From an uncultured Pseudomonadales bacterium (GTDB taxonomy: Bacteria; Pseudomonadota; Gammaproteobacteria; Pseudomonadales; JAUIET01): a stretch of 64,000 nucleotides of DNA. Location of the stretch: NCBI GenBank assembly GCA_964352475.1, contig CAYGSL010000004.1, positions 73,737 to 137,736 on the forward strand. The letters are read 5' to 3'. The notes under the pieces were generated by a model. That model was not told the origin of the DNA. It did not search any database and saw nothing but the letters and a program-made list of their open reading frames with translations. Positions 11,077 to 21,303 of the stretch are shown piece by piece (the first letter of the stretch is position 1; every line of letters starts with the position of its first letter). The position numbers were made by a program, and so were the translations under genes.

Positions 11077-12489
11077 ATGAACGCTAACGAGCAAATTACT
11101 GACACAGACTACAAAGTCGCTGATATGAGCCTTGCCGATTTTGGCCGTAGAGAAATCGCCATCGCCGAATCGGAAATGCCTGCGTTGATGGCCTTACGCA
11201 AAAAGTACAAAGCCGAGCAACCTCTTGCGGGTGCGAACATCATCGGTTGCATTCACATGACCATTCAGACGGCTGTGCTGATTGAAACCCTGCGCGAGCT
11301 GGGCGCCGATGTGCGTTGGTCTTCGTGCAATATTTTTTCAACTCAGGATCACGCGGCGGCTGCCATGGCAGCGGTTGGGGTTCCAGTGTACGCCTGGAAG
11401 GGTCAAACTCTGGAAGAAGGCGACTGGTGCATTGAGCAAACCATTCTTAAAGATGGCAAGCCCTGGGACGCCAACATGTTGCTGGACGATGGTGGCGATT
11501 TAACGGCAATGGTTCATGACAAGTATCCCGAAATGCTGGCCAACATTCACGGCTTAACGGAAGAAACCACAACCGGTGTGCACCGTTTACTGGAAATGCT
11601 GGAAGAAGGCAGTTTGAAAGTGCCCGCCATTAACGTAAATGATTCGGTCACTAAATCCAAGAATGACAACAAATATGGCTGCCGACACAGCCTCAACGAT
11701 GCCATCAAGCGCGGCACAGACCACTTGTTAGCCGGAAAGCGCGCACTGGTAATTGGCTACGGCGACGTTGGTAAGGGTTCTGCGCAAAGCTTACGTCAGG
11801 AAGGCATGATTGTTCGGGTTTCAGAGATCGATCCGATCTGCGCTATGCAAGCCTGCATGGACGGCTATGAAGTTGCGTCACCGTATGTTGACGGCATTAA
11901 TGACGGCAGTCTCGGCTGCATCGACACCCATCTTCTTGGCCAAACAGATTTGATTGTGACAACAACAGGCAATACCAATGTCTGCGATGCAAACATGCTG
12001 CAAAGTGTTAAGAAAGGTGCGGTGATATGCAATATCGGTCACTTTGACAATGAAATTGACACCCAGTACATGCGCGACAACTGGGCCTGGCAGGAAGTGA
12101 AACCGCAGGTGCACAAGATCTATCGCAGCGCCAAGCCCGAAGCGGATGTAGACCTGCAAGATGACGATTACCTGCTGCTGCTGGCCGAAGGCCGCCTGGT
12201 GAACCTGGGCAACGCAACAGGCCATCCTTCGAGAATTATGGATGGCTCGTTTGCCAACCAGGTGTTAGCGCAGATGTACCTGTATGAAAGGAAGTTTGCC
12301 GACCTTAGCGAAAGTAGTCGCACAGATGCGATCAGCGTAGTGGTATTGCCCAAGAAGCTTGATGAGGAAGTAGCCGGTTACATGGTTAAGGGCTTCAGTG
12401 GCGTAATTACACGCATGACCGAAGATCAGGCCAATTACATCAACGTAGACGTAGACGGCCCTTACAAGGTGGAAAGCTACAAGTACTAA
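11077..12489 (+). CDS. ahcY: Adenosylhomocysteinase
   Basis: 470 aa with the NAD-binding motif [10 protein letters not shown], the GHFDNEID motif and a C-terminal ...YKY tail. Confidence 0.95.
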   Translation: MNANEQITDTDYKVADMSLADFGRREIAIAESEMPALMALRKKYKAEQPLAGANIIGCIHMTIQTAVLIETLRELGADVRWSSCNIFSTQDHAAAAMAAVGVPVYAWKGQTLEEGDWCIEQTILKDGKPWDANMLLDDGGDLTAMVHDKYPEMLANIHGLTEETTTGVHRLLEMLEEGSLKVPAINVNDSVTKSKNDNKYGCRHSLNDAIKRGTDHLLAGKRALVIGYGDVGKGSAQSLRQEGMIVRVSEIDPICAMQACMDGYEVASPYVDGINDGSLGCIDTHLLGQTDLIVTTTGNTNVCDANMLQSVKKGAVICNIGHFDNEIDTQYMRDNWAWQEVKPQVHKIYRSAKPEADVDLQDDDYLLLLAEGRLVNLGNATGHPSRIMDGSFANQVLAQMYLYERKFADLSESSRTDAISVVVLPKKLDEEVAGYMVKGFSGVITRMTEDQANYINVDVDGPYKVESYKY

Positions 12490-12531
12490 GCAGCTCTAGT
12501 ACTGAAACTCACAAGGAAGAGGCAGTAGTGT

Positions 12532-13383
12532 ATGACAGCAGCAATCACTGACAAGCGACTGAGTTTTGAGTTTTTCCCGACAAAAACCGAGCAGGGCTTG
12601 AACAAACTCAGAGGTGTGTGGGAAGAACTTGGCAAGCTCAATCCTGAGTTCTTCTCTATCACCTACGGTGCCGGTGGCAGCACCCGGGAAACCACCTTTG
12701 ATATTGTCAGTGAGTTTTGCCACGGCGCCGCAGATGTGGCGCCACACCTTTCCTTCGGCGGCGATAAAGAGGAAGCCATGCTGGCATTTCTTCAGCAATA
12801 CGCCGACCTTGGTATAAAACGTATCGTGGCCTTGCGCGGCGATACTCCTTCTGGAATAGGCACATCAAAACAATTGGTGCACGCCAATGAGCTAGTAAGC
12901 TTCATCCGAAAGCATTTTGATACACAGTTTGAAATTGAAGTTGCTGCTTATCCCGAAGTGCATCCAGAGTCCAATTCCTACCACGACGATGTGCATTATT
13001 TGAAGGGTAAAATAGACGCTGGAGCCAGCGCGGCCATTACCCAGCTCTTTTACAACCCCGATGCCTACTTCTATTATGTGGAGGAATGTCAGCGGCAGGG
13101 AATGGACGCGCCAATCTACCCCGGCATTATGCCGATCACCAACTTCAAGAACATCAGCAGGTTCGCCACAAAAAGTGGCTTCGACGTGCCGCGCTGGATG
13201 CGTCAGCGTTTTGAGCCGATTCAGGACAATCTGCAGGCCACTACCAAACTGGGCATTGAAACTGTCAGCCGACTCTGCGAGCAATTACTTCAGGGCGGAG
13301 CACCTGGTATTCATTTCTACACGATGAATACGACCGAGCCCACCACGGAAATATGCAGTAACCTCGGCTGGACGGCAAGCTAG
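12532..13383 (+). CDS. metF: 5,10-methylenetetrahydrofolate reductase
   Basis: 283 aa with FEFFPTKT near the N-terminus, RIVALRGD and HFYTMN near the C-terminus. Confidence 0.92.
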   Translation: MTAAITDKRLSFEFFPTKTEQGLNKLRGVWEELGKLNPEFFSITYGAGGSTRETTFDIVSEFCHGAADVAPHLSFGGDKEEAMLAFLQQYADLGIKRIVALRGDTPSGIGTSKQLVHANELVSFIRKHFDTQFEIEVAAYPEVHPESNSYHDDVHYLKGKIDAGASAAITQLFYNPDAYFYYVEECQRQGMDAPIYPGIMPITNFKNISRFATKSGFDVPRWMRQRFEPIQDNLQATTKLGIETVSRLCEQLLQGGAPGIHFYTMNTTEPTTEICSNLGWTAS

Positions 13384-13390
13384 CGTTAGC

Positions 13391-14152
13391 ATGCGCATTA
13401 GCCGCTTATTCAGCACTTTGCCTATTGAGCGAGGCGGCGCACTGCCCAGCTTACACGCGCTAGAAGAACAATCAGCGCATTATCTTTTGAATGTGCTGCG
13501 GCACAAGACCGGCGACCAGGTTATTATCTTCGACGGCAGGGGCGGAGAATTCCTGGCTTGCATACGCACACTGAATCGCAAGCTTGCCGAAGTTGAGCTG
13601 CTGACGTTTGAGGCGGATGATCGTGCCTCACCAATTAACATGCACATGGCTTTTGCGGCGTTGCGTGGCGATCGCATGGACTATGCGCTGCAGAAATGCT
13701 GTGAACTGGGTGTAAGCGAAGTAACACCTTTGCTCAGTCAACGCTCCGAGTTCAAAATCGTTAAAGACAAGCTGGCCAGGCGAATGCAGCATTGGCAAGG
13801 CGTGCTTCGCTCTGCCTGCGAGCAATGCGGTCTAAACCGCGTTCCGCACATTAACCCACCGGTGAAACTTGCAGACTGGCTGCCCAATGTTGCTGGGCAA
13901 AGCCATAAGCTGCTGCTACATCCCGATGGTGAACCGTTGCTTGTTGAAAATTTGTTGCCGGGCAAGTCGTCAAACAGCTGGGTGCTAGCAAGCGGCCCCG
14001 AAGGTGGCTTCGATGACAATGAGCTTGCGCAGTTTAAGGCTTACGGTTTTGTGCTGTGCAGCTTTGGACCAAGAATTATTCGCGCAGAAACCGCACCTGT
14101 GGCGCTGCTCAGCGTTCTTCAATATTCAATTGGGGATTTGACCAGTCGCTAA
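13391..14152 (+). CDS. rsmE: 16S rRNA (uracil1498-N3)-methyltransferase
   Basis: 253 aa. RsmE-like N-terminal PUA region (HYLLNVLRHKTGDQVIIFDGRGGEF) and a C-terminal SPOUT knot (GPEGGF...RILRAETA-like). Confidence 0.85.
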   Translation: MRISRLFSTLPIERGGALPSLHALEEQSAHYLLNVLRHKTGDQVIIFDGRGGEFLACIRTLNRKLAEVELLTFEADDRASPINMHMAFAALRGDRMDYALQKCCELGVSEVTPLLSQRSEFKIVKDKLARRMQHWQGVLRSACEQCGLNRVPHINPPVKLADWLPNVAGQSHKLLLHPDGEPLLVENLLPGKSSNSWVLASGPEGGFDDNELAQFKAYGFVLCSFGPRIIRAETAPVALLSVLQYSIGDLTSR

Positions 14153-14170
14153 AGCAGGCCAGCAGAAGGC

Positions 14171-14650
14171 TTAGGCGTCTAAATCTAACACGCAGTTTTC
14201 TATAAAGTTCAGATCAGGGATGCTGGCTGTTTCGCCGTTGGCTGAAACGACCATAAGTTCCGCCGGTCCCTTTTTGTCCTGCGAACTTTCACCGGTGATT
14301 TCATCAGGTGTTAAGCGCATCAACCGTGGCGCGCCTTGTGTCAGTACCGCAAGAAACGGCAGCTTTTCCGGATTGCTGATACCGTTTAACACAGCAATGT
14401 TCTGCCGCCTGCCGTCCGCCTGGAACGGCTCTTCATTGAGCGCCTCAAACGAGACCATAGGTACTCGTTGTCCGCGCCACTCCAAATGGCCGAGAAACCA
14501 GGTAGGCATATCATCTGGCTGGTTTGGTGCTCTATGGTGAATTATTTCAGCCACTGTAACGTTGGGTAACAATAAATACCGCTTGGTAACCGGCATTAAA
14601 AAGGTCACCAGTTCCGCTGGTAGCGCATCCACTTGTAAGGCTTGCTTCAT
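14171..14650 (-). CDS. chpC: CheW-like coupling protein of the Chp system (ChpC-like)
   Basis: 159 aa single CheW domain (LLPNVTVAEII...WFLGHLEWRGQRVPMVSFE). Immediately downstream of chpA. Confidence 0.7.
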   Translation of the reverse strand: MKQALQVDALPAELVTFLMPVTKRYLLLPNVTVAEIIHHRAPNQPDDMPTWFLGHLEWRGQRVPMVSFEALNEEPFQADGRRQNIAVLNGISNPEKLPFLAVLTQGAPRLMRLTPDEITGESSQDKKGPAELMVVSANGETASIPDLNFIENCVLDLDA

Positions 14651-14661
14651 AATGATCTGGC

Positions 14662-17600
14662 CTATGCGTGGCTAATTTTCTCAAGGCGCTCTGCACCCAC
14701 CAGCTCGGTAATCGCGTGCAGCAATTCCATCTCCTGATAAGGCTTACCCAGATAGTTGTTAACGCCAATCGAAAATGCTCGCTCACGGTGCTTGTCCCCG
14801 GTGCGCGAGGTAATCATGATGATTGGCAGGTTTTTCAGTTGGCTGTGATGGCGCACCTGGTTAGCGACTTCGAAGCCGTCCATACGTGGCATCTCTATGT
14901 CCAGCAACATCACATCTGGAATACGATCCTGCAGCAGAGCCATAGCTTCAACACCATCACGTGCCACTACCACTTCCATACCCTGGCGCTCAAGGAAGCG
15001 TGAGGTAACTTTACGCACGGTCACCGAATCATCCACCACCATAACAACCACATTGTCAGCGTCAGCTTCAATTTGCTCGTTTTGTTCCAGCGCGAACGCA
15101 GGGTCTGGCCCGCGCAGAGCTTGCGTAGCATTCTGACGAATCACCGCCAGCAGATCCAGAATCACGACCACGCGGCCGTCACCCAGCACGGTTGCACCGG
15201 ATACGCCGTGCACCATGCCAAACTGCGGGCCCAATGCTTTCACTACAACTTCCCGGCTACCGTGCACACCGTCTACCTGAATCGCAACCGCGTGCTCGCC
15301 AGCGCGCACCAATACCACCGGCAATGGTGAGCTATGAGCGTGAACATTCGCCTTGGCTTCAAGGCCAAGCAGGCTGCCAAGATAGCGTAGATCGTAGGGC
15401 TGACCCGCGTATTCAAACCGCGGTGAGTCGGGCTGATAATAGGCCTCTAGTTCAAATGGACTGACGCGCACAATACCTTCAATACTGTTGAGCGGAATGG
15501 CGTACATATCGCTGCCAACAGACACTGTCAGAGCCCGGTTGACCGATACAGTAAACGGCAAGCGCACAACAAACTTTGTGCCCAGACCGCGCCTGGACTG
15601 AATATCCATGGTACCGCCCAGCTGTTTTATCTCGGAACTGACCACATCAAGACCAACACCACGGCCCGATATTTGCGTGAGCTCGGCTGCCGTGCTTACC
15701 CCTGTTTCCAGAATGAATTGCAGAATCTCGTGTTCACTAAGATCCGCATCTGCACTCATCAAGCCAGCTTCGATGGCTTTGTCTCGTACCCGGGATACAT
15801 CAATACCGGCGCCGTCATCTTCCAGAATGATGACAACCTCATTGCCTTCGCGCATTAAGCCAAGGCTTACGTGACCAACCTCATCCTTATCGTAGTCCAG
15901 CCGCACACCTGCCGGTTCAATTCCATGATCAACTGCGTTTCGCAGCATATGCTCCAGGGGTGGCAGCATTCGCTCAAGAACACTGCGATCCATTTCACCT
16001 TCAATGTTCAGCAGTTCAAACTCAACCTGCTTACCCAGTTCATTGCTCACCTGGCGCACAATTCTTCGCAGCCGCGGTACCAGGCGTGAGAATGGCACCA
16101 TTCGTGACTGCATCAAACCTTCTTGCAAATCGGTGTTGATGCGCGATTGCTGCAGCAGCAGGGTTTCCATGTCGCGCGCTTTTTCGCTCATCGTGCTCTT
16201 CAAGTCGAGCAAGTCCGAGGCAGATTCCATTAGGGAGCGAGACAGTGTTTGCAGTTGCGAATAGCGGTCCATTTCAAGCGGGTCAAAGCTATCAAGACCT
16301 TCCTGCTCTACCTGTTCCTGGCGAAACAGAATTTGCGCTTCGGTTTCCATTTCCAGACGGCGCAGCTTATCTTGCAGGCGCTCAACCGTTCCTTCCATTT
16401 CTTCAAGTGAAAAGCCGAATTCAGATACCTGTTCTTCAGCACGTGCTCGCGAAATACTGGTCTCGCCCGCGAGATTGACCAGATTTTCCAATAGCTGGCT
16501 GGGCACCCTGACCACTTCTTGCGTGGTGCGCCGTGCACTGTCGGCCTTTGCCGCCAGTTCGCTCTTGCCAACCACGGCTGGCCCGCCTGCAGCGGACCGG
16601 TCCAGCCGTACAACGTTGTCAGCGCTTGGCGTCTCTGCAGTAACTTCAACAAAGGCTTCTGCCGTGTCGCTGTCGGCCGCGTCGGGTTCATCAGCATCAA
16701 TAACTTCGAACTGGCCTTCTAATACAGGGTCAGTTTCAGTCGAATCATTACTTGCCACAGCCATGGAATCCATGACAGCAACTTGCTCTTCCTCGGCTTC
16801 ACTGGCCAGGGAGGGATCACGCAGCAAGTCTACCTGGCGCGTAATCTTGTCAACATAGACTTGCAGCTCAGCAAAAAATTCAGGGGTATAACTGGAACCG
16901 GATTGCTCCACGCGTTCAACGTACGATTCGCAATCGTGGGCCAAATCGCCCAGCATGGTCACGTCTGCCAGTCTGGCCCCGCCCTTCAAAGTGTGCAATG
17001 CACGTTGCAACTCATCAACGTAGCGTGTTGCGGCAGGCTCATCTTTCCAGTCGTGTACCGTTTCATCGATATCTTCCAGCAGATCTACTGCCTCTTCTGT
17101 GAAGATCTCCAGTATTTCATTATCGACAGCGGCTTCAGCTGTCTGCTCGGCGATAGATGCCGGCGTAATAAGCTGTTCAGTCTCGATCGGTTGGCTATAG
17201 GTGACAGCCTGGACGACAAAGTCGGGCTCAGCTTCCGGTTCACTGATGTCCACTGCTTCTGCTTCTGCTTCTGCTTCTGCTTCTGCTTCTGCTTCTGCTT
17301 CTGCTTCCTCAATTATTACTGCAGATTCGCTAACGGCTAGCTCTTCATTCTGTTCAGATGCTTCCAGCTCTGCTTGCTGGTCTGGCGTTAAATCTGCAAC
17401 GGGCTTTTCCGTCGCTGAGTCTGCGTCCTGCTCAGGCTCACTAAACTCTGCGTTGGCTGCGCCGCCGTCAAACGCCTGCATTAACGAGTCTATATTCTCG
17501 TCTGTGTTGTCGTCAGCCTGCTCAACGTCATTACCATCAATCGCCTCGGCCTGAGCAGCGTTCTGATCAGTAGCCTCTGTAGCTTCTGGCGCCTCTGCTT

Positions 17601-20600
17601 CAGCGCCGATCTGGTAATCTTCTTCGTTGTCAGCATGGGTAGGCATTGGTGCTGCGTTACTGGCCAGCAGCCCAGTCGCCGCCATAAACACGGAACGGCT
17701 GGATTTCTCCTGTTTGCGTTCTGAATCGTTGCTGAGCGGCGCATTTGCACTGAAAAACTGCTGGGCCATGCCTTCCGGTGTGTCCGGCGTACCTGGCTCA
17801 AACTTGTCTTTCATCCAGCGCGAGATGAGCAGCTCGGTGTCTTTACTGGAGCTCGCTATCAATGCATCCGCTTCGCGTTCCGCTTCATCAACGGCTTGCT
17901 CACGGGCTTTCAGTTCTGTTTCGTATTCTGCTAGCTCAAATCGCGCTAGCGCAATACTGGCCTTCTCGAACTCGGCCTGACTGGCCAGCTCTTCGCCGCT
18001 GGACAAGCAGTCTATGGCAGCGGCAAAGCCTTCCTGGCTGGCATCAGCAAGCTCCAGAAAGCTCTCCGGTAACCAATCCAGTGTGGCGGCTTGCTCATAG
18101 GCATCGGCTGAGGTGAAAGCCAGAGTCTCCAATTCCGCTTGCTGCTGTTGTCTGGCCTGCTCGCCCAATGCTCGCTGATGACGTGCTATTCGCAACATTG
18201 CATCATCGGCAGAACGCCCCGCTTTGGCTTCCTGAAGCAAACTCGCGCACGCAGACACGCTGGCCATCAAATCGGTCATAAATTCTGCGAATGGCTTGAT
18301 CTCTTCAGCATCAGCCTCCGCCTCAACATTATCCAGCTGTGCCCGGCAATGTTCTAATTCAGCGCAGAGCTCCAAACCTGCTTCAATATTTTCCTCAGAG
18401 GTTTCCGGCAGCATAGCAAGGTCTGAGCGCACCAGTACGGCAACATCATCTATCAAACCACGCGCATCTTCGTTAACCGGGCGACGCAATTGGTGCAGCT
18501 GCAAAACATAGGATTCCAGTGGACCTACATAACTAGCAATGTGATCAAAACCCGCTATCTGTGCGCTGCCCTTCAAAGTATGTAAAGCACGATGCAGTCC
18601 ATCCGACACATTGCTATCGCCATTTTTTGCATCGTTAATGAAACGCTGAATCTGCTCGATATGAGCGGCGGCTTCTGCGCTAAAGATGTTTTGCAGCGCC
18701 AACTCATCTTCCTGATCACTTTGCTCCGCCGATTTTTCGGCCTCGCTTTGCATTGCTGCTAGCGCGCTGGGTTCATCCATCATCGCCGTGACCGACGCCA
18801 GCATTTCATCTGCGAACTCAGAATCGGCGTCGCTGTCATCTTCAAAGGCCGCTTCAAGCCCAGGCGTTGATTCGCCAGGAGCAGTTCCTTTACTGATTTG
18901 TTCAATCGACACTATGTCGCTTTGGCCAGTACTGATTGCATCCGCCAGTTCGCTCAATCTGGCCGCTTCAGCACTGGCTGAATATCCGCCGGTAATAAAG
19001 TCGTTCAGCATCGCTGGTATCAGTAAGCGAACCTGCCTGGTCAATTCCTGATGCGCGGGTGTCAGCGTTTGTGAACCATCAACCACCCGGTTCAACATGT
19101 TTTCAACGCTCCAGGCTAATTCGCCTGTGTCATTAGCGCCAACCATACGACCGCTGCCTTTGAGCGTATGGAAACCGCGCCGGACAATTTGCAAAGAGTC
19201 AGCATCGCTCATGCGATCAAGATGTTGATCCAGCTCCAGTAACACTTCATCGGTTTCTTCAGAGAATATCTCAATGATCTCGTCATCAAGTTCCTCATTC
19301 TGTTCGTTGCTGCTTGCCGCGGCAGATACCGGTTCATTACTGGCATCCAATACGGTGGTCTGTTCTACTGCTGCAGCTGGAACCACGTCCGATGGATCAG
19401 CCGAAGCTTGTTCAAGCACTGCAGCGCTATCATCAAGAGCGGGCTCATCCGCCGCCTGCATGTCGTCTTTTAAGCGCGCTGCAGCGTACTGGTCGAATTC
19501 ATCGTCGAACACCATGAATTCTGAAATATCGAGATTGTCGTCTTCGCCCGTATCAGACTGCACATACAGCTCAGGCCGGCGTTGCCATTTATCAAGATCA
19601 CTAATCGGAAAGCCAAGCGCGGCAACACTCTCTATGGCCACATCAAGAATCATGTCGCTTTCGGTCAGCGTGTCTTCAACCAGGCGTTCCAGATAATAAT
19701 CAACGCTTGTGAGTGCGTCAGCCAGAGTATCCAGCATTTGCCATTCCGGCACCCGTTTGCCCATCAACAAGTGATCGCATATATACCACTCGCAACTCGC
19801 CAAAATCTGTGCGGCTCGTTCCAGCGGTAAAATCATCAGACCGCCACGAACTTCACTCAATAGAGCAGGTACGCCGCTCAAACGTTGATGATCCCACTGA
19901 TGCGCAATGAACTCGATTACGGCTTCCTTTGCCTGATCGATGCCATATCGGGCTTCATGAACAACCGACTGGAAAGCGGCTGCTAACTGCCTGTCTTTCT
20001 CAGTGGTTTGACTGGCAGACTCAATGCTTTCCTGTTCAACAGTTTCCTTCAGTACGGCTTCAACGCTGATAATGTTCTCAGCAATTTCCATCAAGGCTTC
20101 TTGGCTTGGCTCTTTTTGCCCACTGATCATACGCTCAATGGCTTCAGCCTGGCGCCGCACCGTACGCAAGGCATCACCCAGGCCCAGCACCATCATCGTA
20201 TTAATAACACGAGTGAAAACCGGCAGGGCGGGTTCAAGCTCGACTTCATCACGATCGCGGTTACGAACGTACAGGTCAATATAATCTTTAATGCTGCTCA
20301 GCTCTTCCAGCAAGGCGTCGACAACCGATTGCAAAGTAGCGCTATCCGGCCCCATTGCTTCAAGCTCACTGGGCGTTTTGAGCTCTTCATCCCACTGCTT
20401 TTGCAGATCTGTGACCAGCGCTTGCTCAGTCTTGACCGTTTTAAGCAAGGTTTTAATCGATGTTTGCAAGGAATCGGCGGCGGGCTCTTTCAGTGAATCA
20501 GGGCCACCCGCGGCAATGTTAATGAGCATCTTATCCTGCTCAAGCAGCAGATCCGCAACTTCATTGCTGATGACCAGACTGCCTTCTTCCAACACTTCAA

Positions 20601-21240
20601 ATAAGCCAAGCGCGGTTCGCCAGAAGTATTCCTGTGTGGTGTTCTGACTGATCTTGTGAATGCGCTGACCGATTTGCGCCAGATACCGGAGGTTTTTATC
20701 TATGTCTTTGTCACGCGCAATATTCAGCACTGCCACACGAAACATTTTGCGCAGCTTAAGCATCAAGTCATCAAAATCTTCGCGCGAGACACGACTGGAA
20801 AATGCTGCAGAAAAGTCAACAGGTTTACGGGCCAGTGTTGGCTCAGCACCACGTACTGCTTTTAACTCGTTAATGATTGGCTGCAAGGCGTTTGGCGCGA
20901 TATCGGCCTTGACCTTTTTAACCCGTTCCAGCAATCCTGGCAATTGCAACAGCGCCGTCATCAGAATTTCCAGTGCGGCATATTCGTCAGGTGTGGAACG
21001 ATTGACCAGTGCCTGAGCAACAGCCTCTATCTCTTCGGCCAGAGTCACCAGATTGTTCAACTGCACCATGCGTAAGGTGCCATTGATCTGGTGAGCATGG
21101 GTCAGCGTGAAACGCAGTTTGCTGAAATCTTCGGTGTCTTGACTATACGCTTCGAGAGCCTGGCGTGCTTGCTTGATGGTATCGTCAAGCTCGCTATTCA
21201 CCCATTCAAATGCAACATAATCCAGCTGTTGTTCCGCCAT
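14662..21240 (-). CDS. chpA: Multi-Hpt hybrid CheA-type histidine kinase of the type IV pilus chemosensory system
   Basis: 2192 aa. Repeated Hpt motifs (GFHTLKGSGRMVG, ALHTLKGSAQIAG, ALHTLKGGARLAD). HATPase N/G boxes (NAVDHGIE, DDGAGID, GRGVGLDVV). A CheW-like domain. A C-terminal receiver (VVMVVDDSVTVRK...LLDIEMPRMDG...GKP). Follows pilGHIJ. Confidence 0.95.
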   Translation of the reverse strand: MAEQQLDYVAFEWVNSELDDTIKQARQALEAYSQDTEDFSKLRFTLTHAHQINGTLRMVQLNNLVTLAEEIEAVAQALVNRSTPDEYAALEILMTALLQLPGLLERVKKVKADIAPNALQPIINELKAVRGAEPTLARKPVDFSAAFSSRVSREDFDDLMLKLRKMFRVAVLNIARDKDIDKNLRYLAQIGQRIHKISQNTTQEYFWRTALGLFEVLEEGSLVISNEVADLLLEQDKMLINIAAGGPDSLKEPAADSLQTSIKTLLKTVKTEQALVTDLQKQWDEELKTPSELEAMGPDSATLQSVVDALLEELSSIKDYIDLYVRNRDRDEVELEPALPVFTRVINTMMVLGLGDALRTVRRQAEAIERMISGQKEPSQEALMEIAENIISVEAVLKETVEQESIESASQTTEKDRQLAAAFQSVVHEARYGIDQAKEAVIEFIAHQWDHQRLSGVPALLSEVRGGLMILPLERAAQILASCEWYICDHLLMGKRVPEWQMLDTLADALTSVDYYLERLVEDTLTESDMILDVAIESVAALGFPISDLDKWQRRPELYVQSDTGEDDNLDISEFMVFDDEFDQYAAARLKDDMQAADEPALDDSAAVLEQASADPSDVVPAAAVEQTTVLDASNEPVSAAASSNEQNEELDDEIIEIFSEETDEVLLELDQHLDRMSDADSLQIVRRGFHTLKGSGRMVGANDTGELAWSVENMLNRVVDGSQTLTPAHQELTRQVRLLIPAMLNDFITGGYSASAEAARLSELADAISTGQSDIVSIEQISKGTAPGESTPGLEAAFEDDSDADSEFADEMLASVTAMMDEPSALAAMQSEAEKSAEQSDQEDELALQNIFSAEAAAHIEQIQRFINDAKNGDSNVSDGLHRALHTLKGSAQIAGFDHIASYVGPLESYVLQLHQLRRPVNEDARGLIDDVAVLVRSDLAMLPETSEENIEAGLELCAELEHCRAQLDNVEAEADAEEIKPFAEFMTDLMASVSACASLLQEAKAGRSADDAMLRIARHQRALGEQARQQQQAELETLAFTSADAYEQAATLDWLPESFLELADASQEGFAAAIDCLSSGEELASQAEFEKASIALARFELAEYETELKAREQAVDEAEREADALIASSSKDTELLISRWMKDKFEPGTPDTPEGMAQQFFSANAPLSNDSERKQEKSSRSVFMAATGLLASNAAPMPTHADNEEDYQIGAEAEAPEATEATDQNAAQAEAIDGNDVEQADDNTDENIDSLMQAFDGGAANAEFSEPEQDADSATEKPVADLTPDQQAELEASEQNEELAVSESAVIIEEAEAEAEAEAEAEAEAEAVDISEPEAEPDFVVQAVTYSQPIETEQLITPASIAEQTAEAAVDNEILEIFTEEAVDLLEDIDETVHDWKDEPAATRYVDELQRALHTLKGGARLADVTMLGDLAHDCESYVERVEQSGSSYTPEFFAELQVYVDKITRQVDLLRDPSLASEAEEEQVAVMDSMAVASNDSTETDPVLEGQFEVIDADEPDAADSDTAEAFVEVTAETPSADNVVRLDRSAAGGPAVVGKSELAAKADSARRTTQEVVRVPSQLLENLVNLAGETSISRARAEEQVSEFGFSLEEMEGTVERLQDKLRRLEMETEAQILFRQEQVEQEGLDSFDPLEMDRYSQLQTLSRSLMESASDLLDLKSTMSEKARDMETLLLQQSRINTDLQEGLMQSRMVPFSRLVPRLRRIVRQVSNELGKQVEFELLNIEGEMDRSVLERMLPPLEHMLRNAVDHGIEPAGVRLDYDKDEVGHVSLGLMREGNEVVIILEDDGAGIDVSRVRDKAIEAGLMSADADLSEHEILQFILETGVSTAAELTQISGRGVGLDVVSSEIKQLGGTMDIQSRRGLGTKFVVRLPFTVSVNRALTVSVGSDMYAIPLNSIEGIVRVSPFELEAYYQPDSPRFEYAGQPYDLRYLGSLLGLEAKANVHAHSSPLPVVLVRAGEHAVAIQVDGVHGSREVVVKALGPQFGMVHGVSGATVLGDGRVVVILDLLAVIRQNATQALRGPDPAFALEQNEQIEADADNVVVMVVDDSVTVRKVTSRFLERQGMEVVVARDGVEAMALLQDRIPDVMLLDIEMPRMDGFEVANQVRHHSQLKNLPIIMITSRTGDKHRERAFSIGVNNYLGKPYQEMELLHAITELVGAERLEKISHA
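17255..17307. repeat. Hexanucleotide microsatellite (GCTTCT)x8 plus a partial unit, inside chpA. It encodes (Glu-Ala)9 on the minus strand.
   Basis: Counted directly: units start at 17255, 17261, 17267, 17273, 17279, 17285, 17291 and 17297, with a partial unit at 17303-17307. Translates as EAEAEAEAEAEAEAEAEA in the ChpA acidic linker. Confidence 0.98.
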
Positions 21241-21303
21241 TGGATTGTGCCTGTCGGCGCCTCTTATAAGGATTTACAGTTCTATGTGTTTTGAGCGCCG
21301 TAC

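Noticed and set aside
17255-17307. Whether the short tandem repeat could be a CRISPR-like or regulatory repeat array.
   Set aside because: The unit is 6 nt with no spacers and it lies in frame inside chpA. It is a coding microsatellite, not a CRISPR array.
14668-20865. Many long plus-strand ORFs (60-185 aa) antisense to chpA, for example 16783..17340, 19274..19696 and 20008..20496.
   Set aside because: They lie entirely inside a well-supported 2192-aa gene. Their translations are Ser/Ala/Cys-rich low complexity with no motifs. Open antisense frames like these are expected opposite Glu/Ala/Leu-rich coding sequence, so I treat them as artefacts.
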